A stretch of DNA of 64,000 nt, from contig CP060761.1 in assembly GCA_023205875.1 (NCBI GenBank), positions 310,001 through 374,000 of the forward strand, in the 5' to 3' direction. Source of the stretch: Chloropicon primus. Taxonomy: Eukaryota. Shown here piece by piece: positions 61,504-64,000 of this stretch; the stretch's first letter is position 1; every line of letters starts with the position of its first letter. The notes below the pieces were generated by a model that was not told the origin of the DNA, searched no databases, and was given only the letters and a program-made list of their open reading frames with translations. A program made the position numbers and the translations under genes.

Positions 61504-63012
61504 TCAGTTCCAGTGGTAAGACTTCGTTCTTCTGATGCCTCGCACAAGGGCCGTGGAGGAAAGGCGCTTCCCATACCTGTCCCTTCCTTTGTCCACCGAG
61601 ACGTTGTCCCCAGATATCAACTCCGTCGCCGAGGACACAAAAGCCTGCTGCTCGAACGAAGGCTTCCGGTAAAGCATAGCTTTTGTCGGATGGTGCCTCG
61701 CCCTCACTGTCTCTGACAGACCCTCTTGGTAGCCGGGCGTGTCGATGATGCTCTCGGCCTTCCCTCGCCCATTGGATTTCTGCCTGAAGACCGATATTTT
61801 GTTTTTCAGTCCACCGTGCAGTGACTTGGCTCTCCCGGAGCCAAAATCTTCCTGGATCTTCTCCCTCAGCACCTTCATGTCATCGATCGCGTCCTCCATC
61901 TGGAGCCATATCTGGTTGAACTTGAGAGAAAAATTCACTTTTTCGATCAAGTTCATGTGGAAGATGGGCATCCTGTCCACCTTCCGATACAGTTCCAGCC
62001 CCTCCACGTACATCTTTAAGGAAGAAGTCAAGGTCTGGGTCAGAAAGTCCGTCGCCTTCTTGCCATCCTGGGACGGGCCCTTGTATTCGACGTCCAGGCA
62101 CTTCGTCAAGGGGCGATCCCCCGTCTCGATCATCCTGACGAACAAGTCGTGCTTGCTGAGGATGAGGACGATCGGGATTCCAGAAGTCTTCTTTGTGGCG
62201 AACGTGGTCGCGAAGAGGTCCTTGGAGTACTCCATGGAGATGTCCGACCTCTGCCCGTGATTGAGATAAGAGTAGTAGTCGTCCCCTACGCCTCTGCCCG
62301 GAGCGCTCTCCGAAAAATCCGTCATGGCTACAAAGTACAAAATGCCATCGCAGTTCTTCAGCAGATACTCCCACCTCTTCCTCTCTACGTTCGTACCCCC
62401 CACGTCCACGAACTCGAGCCAAACTTCCCTCGTTTGCTTGAGATCGTGGACACCCTTCCGGCTCCCCTGGTCCACCATAATATGCCTAATAATGTACTCG
62501 CACAGGCCCGTCGTCGGCTTCCTGCAGATGAAGATGTCCTCCTTGCTCGGCTCATAGTCCTTCCTGAATATCCTCCGCACGCTGTCAAAATACATGTAGT
62601 CCCAAGGAGCGTTATAGTAAACATCTTTCACGGCCTCCTGGATCACTGCAAGGGTTCCTATGTCCACAGCAGCGTCAAGAACCTCCTGCACGAACGAGTT
62701 GTTCTCGTCCGTGTACTCAAAGTCAGCCACGGCTGCACTCTCCAGCATAGAAAAACTTTTCTGTAGGTCTTCGCTCTCCTCCAACGCAGCAACAACTTCA
62801 GCCCGTCCCTTGAGGCTCACCAACCGATGCAAGATGTTGGCCTGGATGTGCTTCCTGAACTCCCTCCGCATGGAGTCGGTAAACCCTCCGAGGTAAGACT
62901 CCACAATTTGTTTACAAAACGTTGTCTTCCCACTTCCTACATTCCCAAGGAGTATAATGCGACGGGTCGTCTCGGGAGGCTTGTTGCCTCCTCGTCCCAG
63001 GCAGAACACCAT
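61504..63012 (-). CDS. Heterotrimeric G-protein alpha subunit-like protein (non-canonical) with C-terminal extension
   Basis: LLGNVGSGKTTFCKQI, helical insertion, Y.PSKEDI..CRKPTTG, DVGGT..ERKRW, ILYFVAMTDF, PIVLILSKHDLF. Confidence 0.85.
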   Translation of the reverse strand: MVFCLGRGGNKPPETTRRIILLGNVGSGKTTFCKQIVESYLGGFTDSMRREFRKHIQANILHRLVSLKGRAEVVAALEESEDLQKSFSMLESAAVADFEYTDENNSFVQEVLDAAVDIGTLAVIQEAVKDVYYNAPWDYMYFDSVRRIFRKDYEPSKEDIFICRKPTTGLCEYIIRHIMVDQGSRKGVHDLKQTREVWLEFVDVGGTNVERKRWEYLLKNCDGILYFVAMTDFSESAPGRGVGDDYYSYLNHGQRSDISMEYSKDLFATTFATKKTSGIPIVLILSKHDLFVRMIETGDRPLTKCLDVEYKGPSQDGKKATDFLTQTLTSSLKMYVEGLELYRKVDRMPIFHMNLIEKVNFSLKFNQIWLQMEDAIDDMKVLREKIQEDFGSGRAKSLHGGLKNKISVFRQKSNGRGKAESIIDTPGYQEGLSETVRARHHPTKAMLYRKPSFEQQAFVSSATELISGDNVSVDKGRDRYGKRLSSTALVRGIRRTKSYHWN

Positions 63013-63847
63013 TCTGCTTTCACTGACTCACGAAATACACAACCCCCCCAAAAGAGAGAAAAGTGGCTGCCAGCCTCTTCAACACTTCATGTTCTGGCCA
63101 TGCACCAAACCAAACCAAACCAAACCAGCACAAGCTTGTCCACTCCACGAGGCAGGCGAAGAACCCCAAAGGTCAAGGTGAAAAGGGAAGCGGAGCGGGC
63201 CAGGAGACAATAAGAGAAAGAGGAAGGGAGTCAAGTCAAGGCCGCGTCTTGGTTGGTCCGTTCCGTTTCTTTCCCGTCGTTTCCGTCGTACCGTCGCGGA
63301 GTCGAGGAGGTCGGAATTTTTTTTCTGTTGTTAGCTTGATTCCATTCGAAGGAGGGAATCAAGTCTAGAGGAGGCCAGCGCAGCGTGGGTGGGTGGGGAT
63401 GCAGCAGGATGGCAGGCAAGGGTTTGCGGATCCCGATGGCGGGATGAATGGATTGGGTTTGGTTTGGTCTCTCTTCCGTCTGTCTGTCTTGAGGCAGGAC
63501 GGTGACGGAATCAATGGCAGGGGTGCGGGGGAGGGAGGGGGGGAAGGAACCCGTGATGCATCTCTCACGAGGAGACTGAGAGGATTATAATCCTGTGTCA
63601 GTCGGTGCGTCTGCGATTGATCCGTCTCTGTCTCTCTCGGCGTGACTAACAATATATTATAGTGATACCTAATTCTTGCTTATACAACTTTGCAAGACAA
63701 GTAATCTTAAATGTTACACGTTCTCAAGCGAAGCGGCCCACGACCACCCTGACGCACCTCAAAAGAGTGCGCGGGCATCAGAACAAGGGCACGCTCTTTC
63801 GCTACCCGCCATTCGCATTCTCACGAGCGTACACGCGCCCGCGCGCT

Positions 63848-64000
63848 TTAGTTCCAGTGGTAAGACTTGGACCTCACAATTCCCTGTACGGAGTTCCTAG
63901 CGTCCCTTCTCCGTTGCAAATTCAACGAGTTGTTGCCTGAAATAAGTTCCTCAACCGAGGCCGTTCCAGATCCCCTCGCGTTGATCGGTATGCCCGTCAG
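63848..64000 (-). CDS. 3' end of a tandem paralogue of the G-alpha-like gene (truncated by window edge)
   Basis: Reads ..SVEELISGNNSLNL..VQGIVRSKSYHWN*, matching ..ATELISGDNVSV..VRGIRRTKSYHWN* of 61504-63012. Confidence 0.75.
   Translation of the reverse strand: MTGIPINARGSGTASVEELISGNNSLNLQRRRDARNSVQGIVRSKSYHWN

Noticed and set aside
1353..63012. Guanylate cyclase + GUCD1 + G-alpha as a signalling cluster
   Set aside because: Genes are tens of kb apart with unrelated genes between; GUCD1 is unrelated to class III cyclases.

Overview
Gene-dense, GC-rich, intron-poor eukaryotic nuclear DNA from a photosynthetic green alga. Plastid-targeted CSP41a, ARC5/DRP5B and TrpD plus an RWP-RK factor support this, and the compact style fits a picoplanktonic prasinophyte such as Chloropicon (inference). 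About 24 protein genes are recognisable, including a membrane guanylate cyclase, CmcJ/NvfI-like oxidoreductase, nitroreductase, COG0523 GTPase, ERGIC3, ASNSD1, NRAMP, SAE1-like, dynein-2 light intermediate and heavy chains, SIZ1, CSN4, MATE, GUCD1 and a G-alpha-like gene. No rRNA, tRNA or CRISPR features were seen. Main anomalies: (1) an SAE1/AOS1-like gene with two adjacent internal blocks in swapped order; (2) a perfect in-frame 114-bp duplication inside ERGIC3; (3) a non-canonical heterotrimeric G-alpha-like gene with a tandem paralogue at the window edge, in a lineage usually reported to lack G-alpha; (4) a +1 frameshift in ASNSD1; (5) a compositionally distinct CmcJ-like gene next to a dispersed 157-bp tandem repeat; (6) two dynein-2 (retrograde IFT) genes within 18 kb. 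All family calls are from motif recognition by eye; no searches were run.
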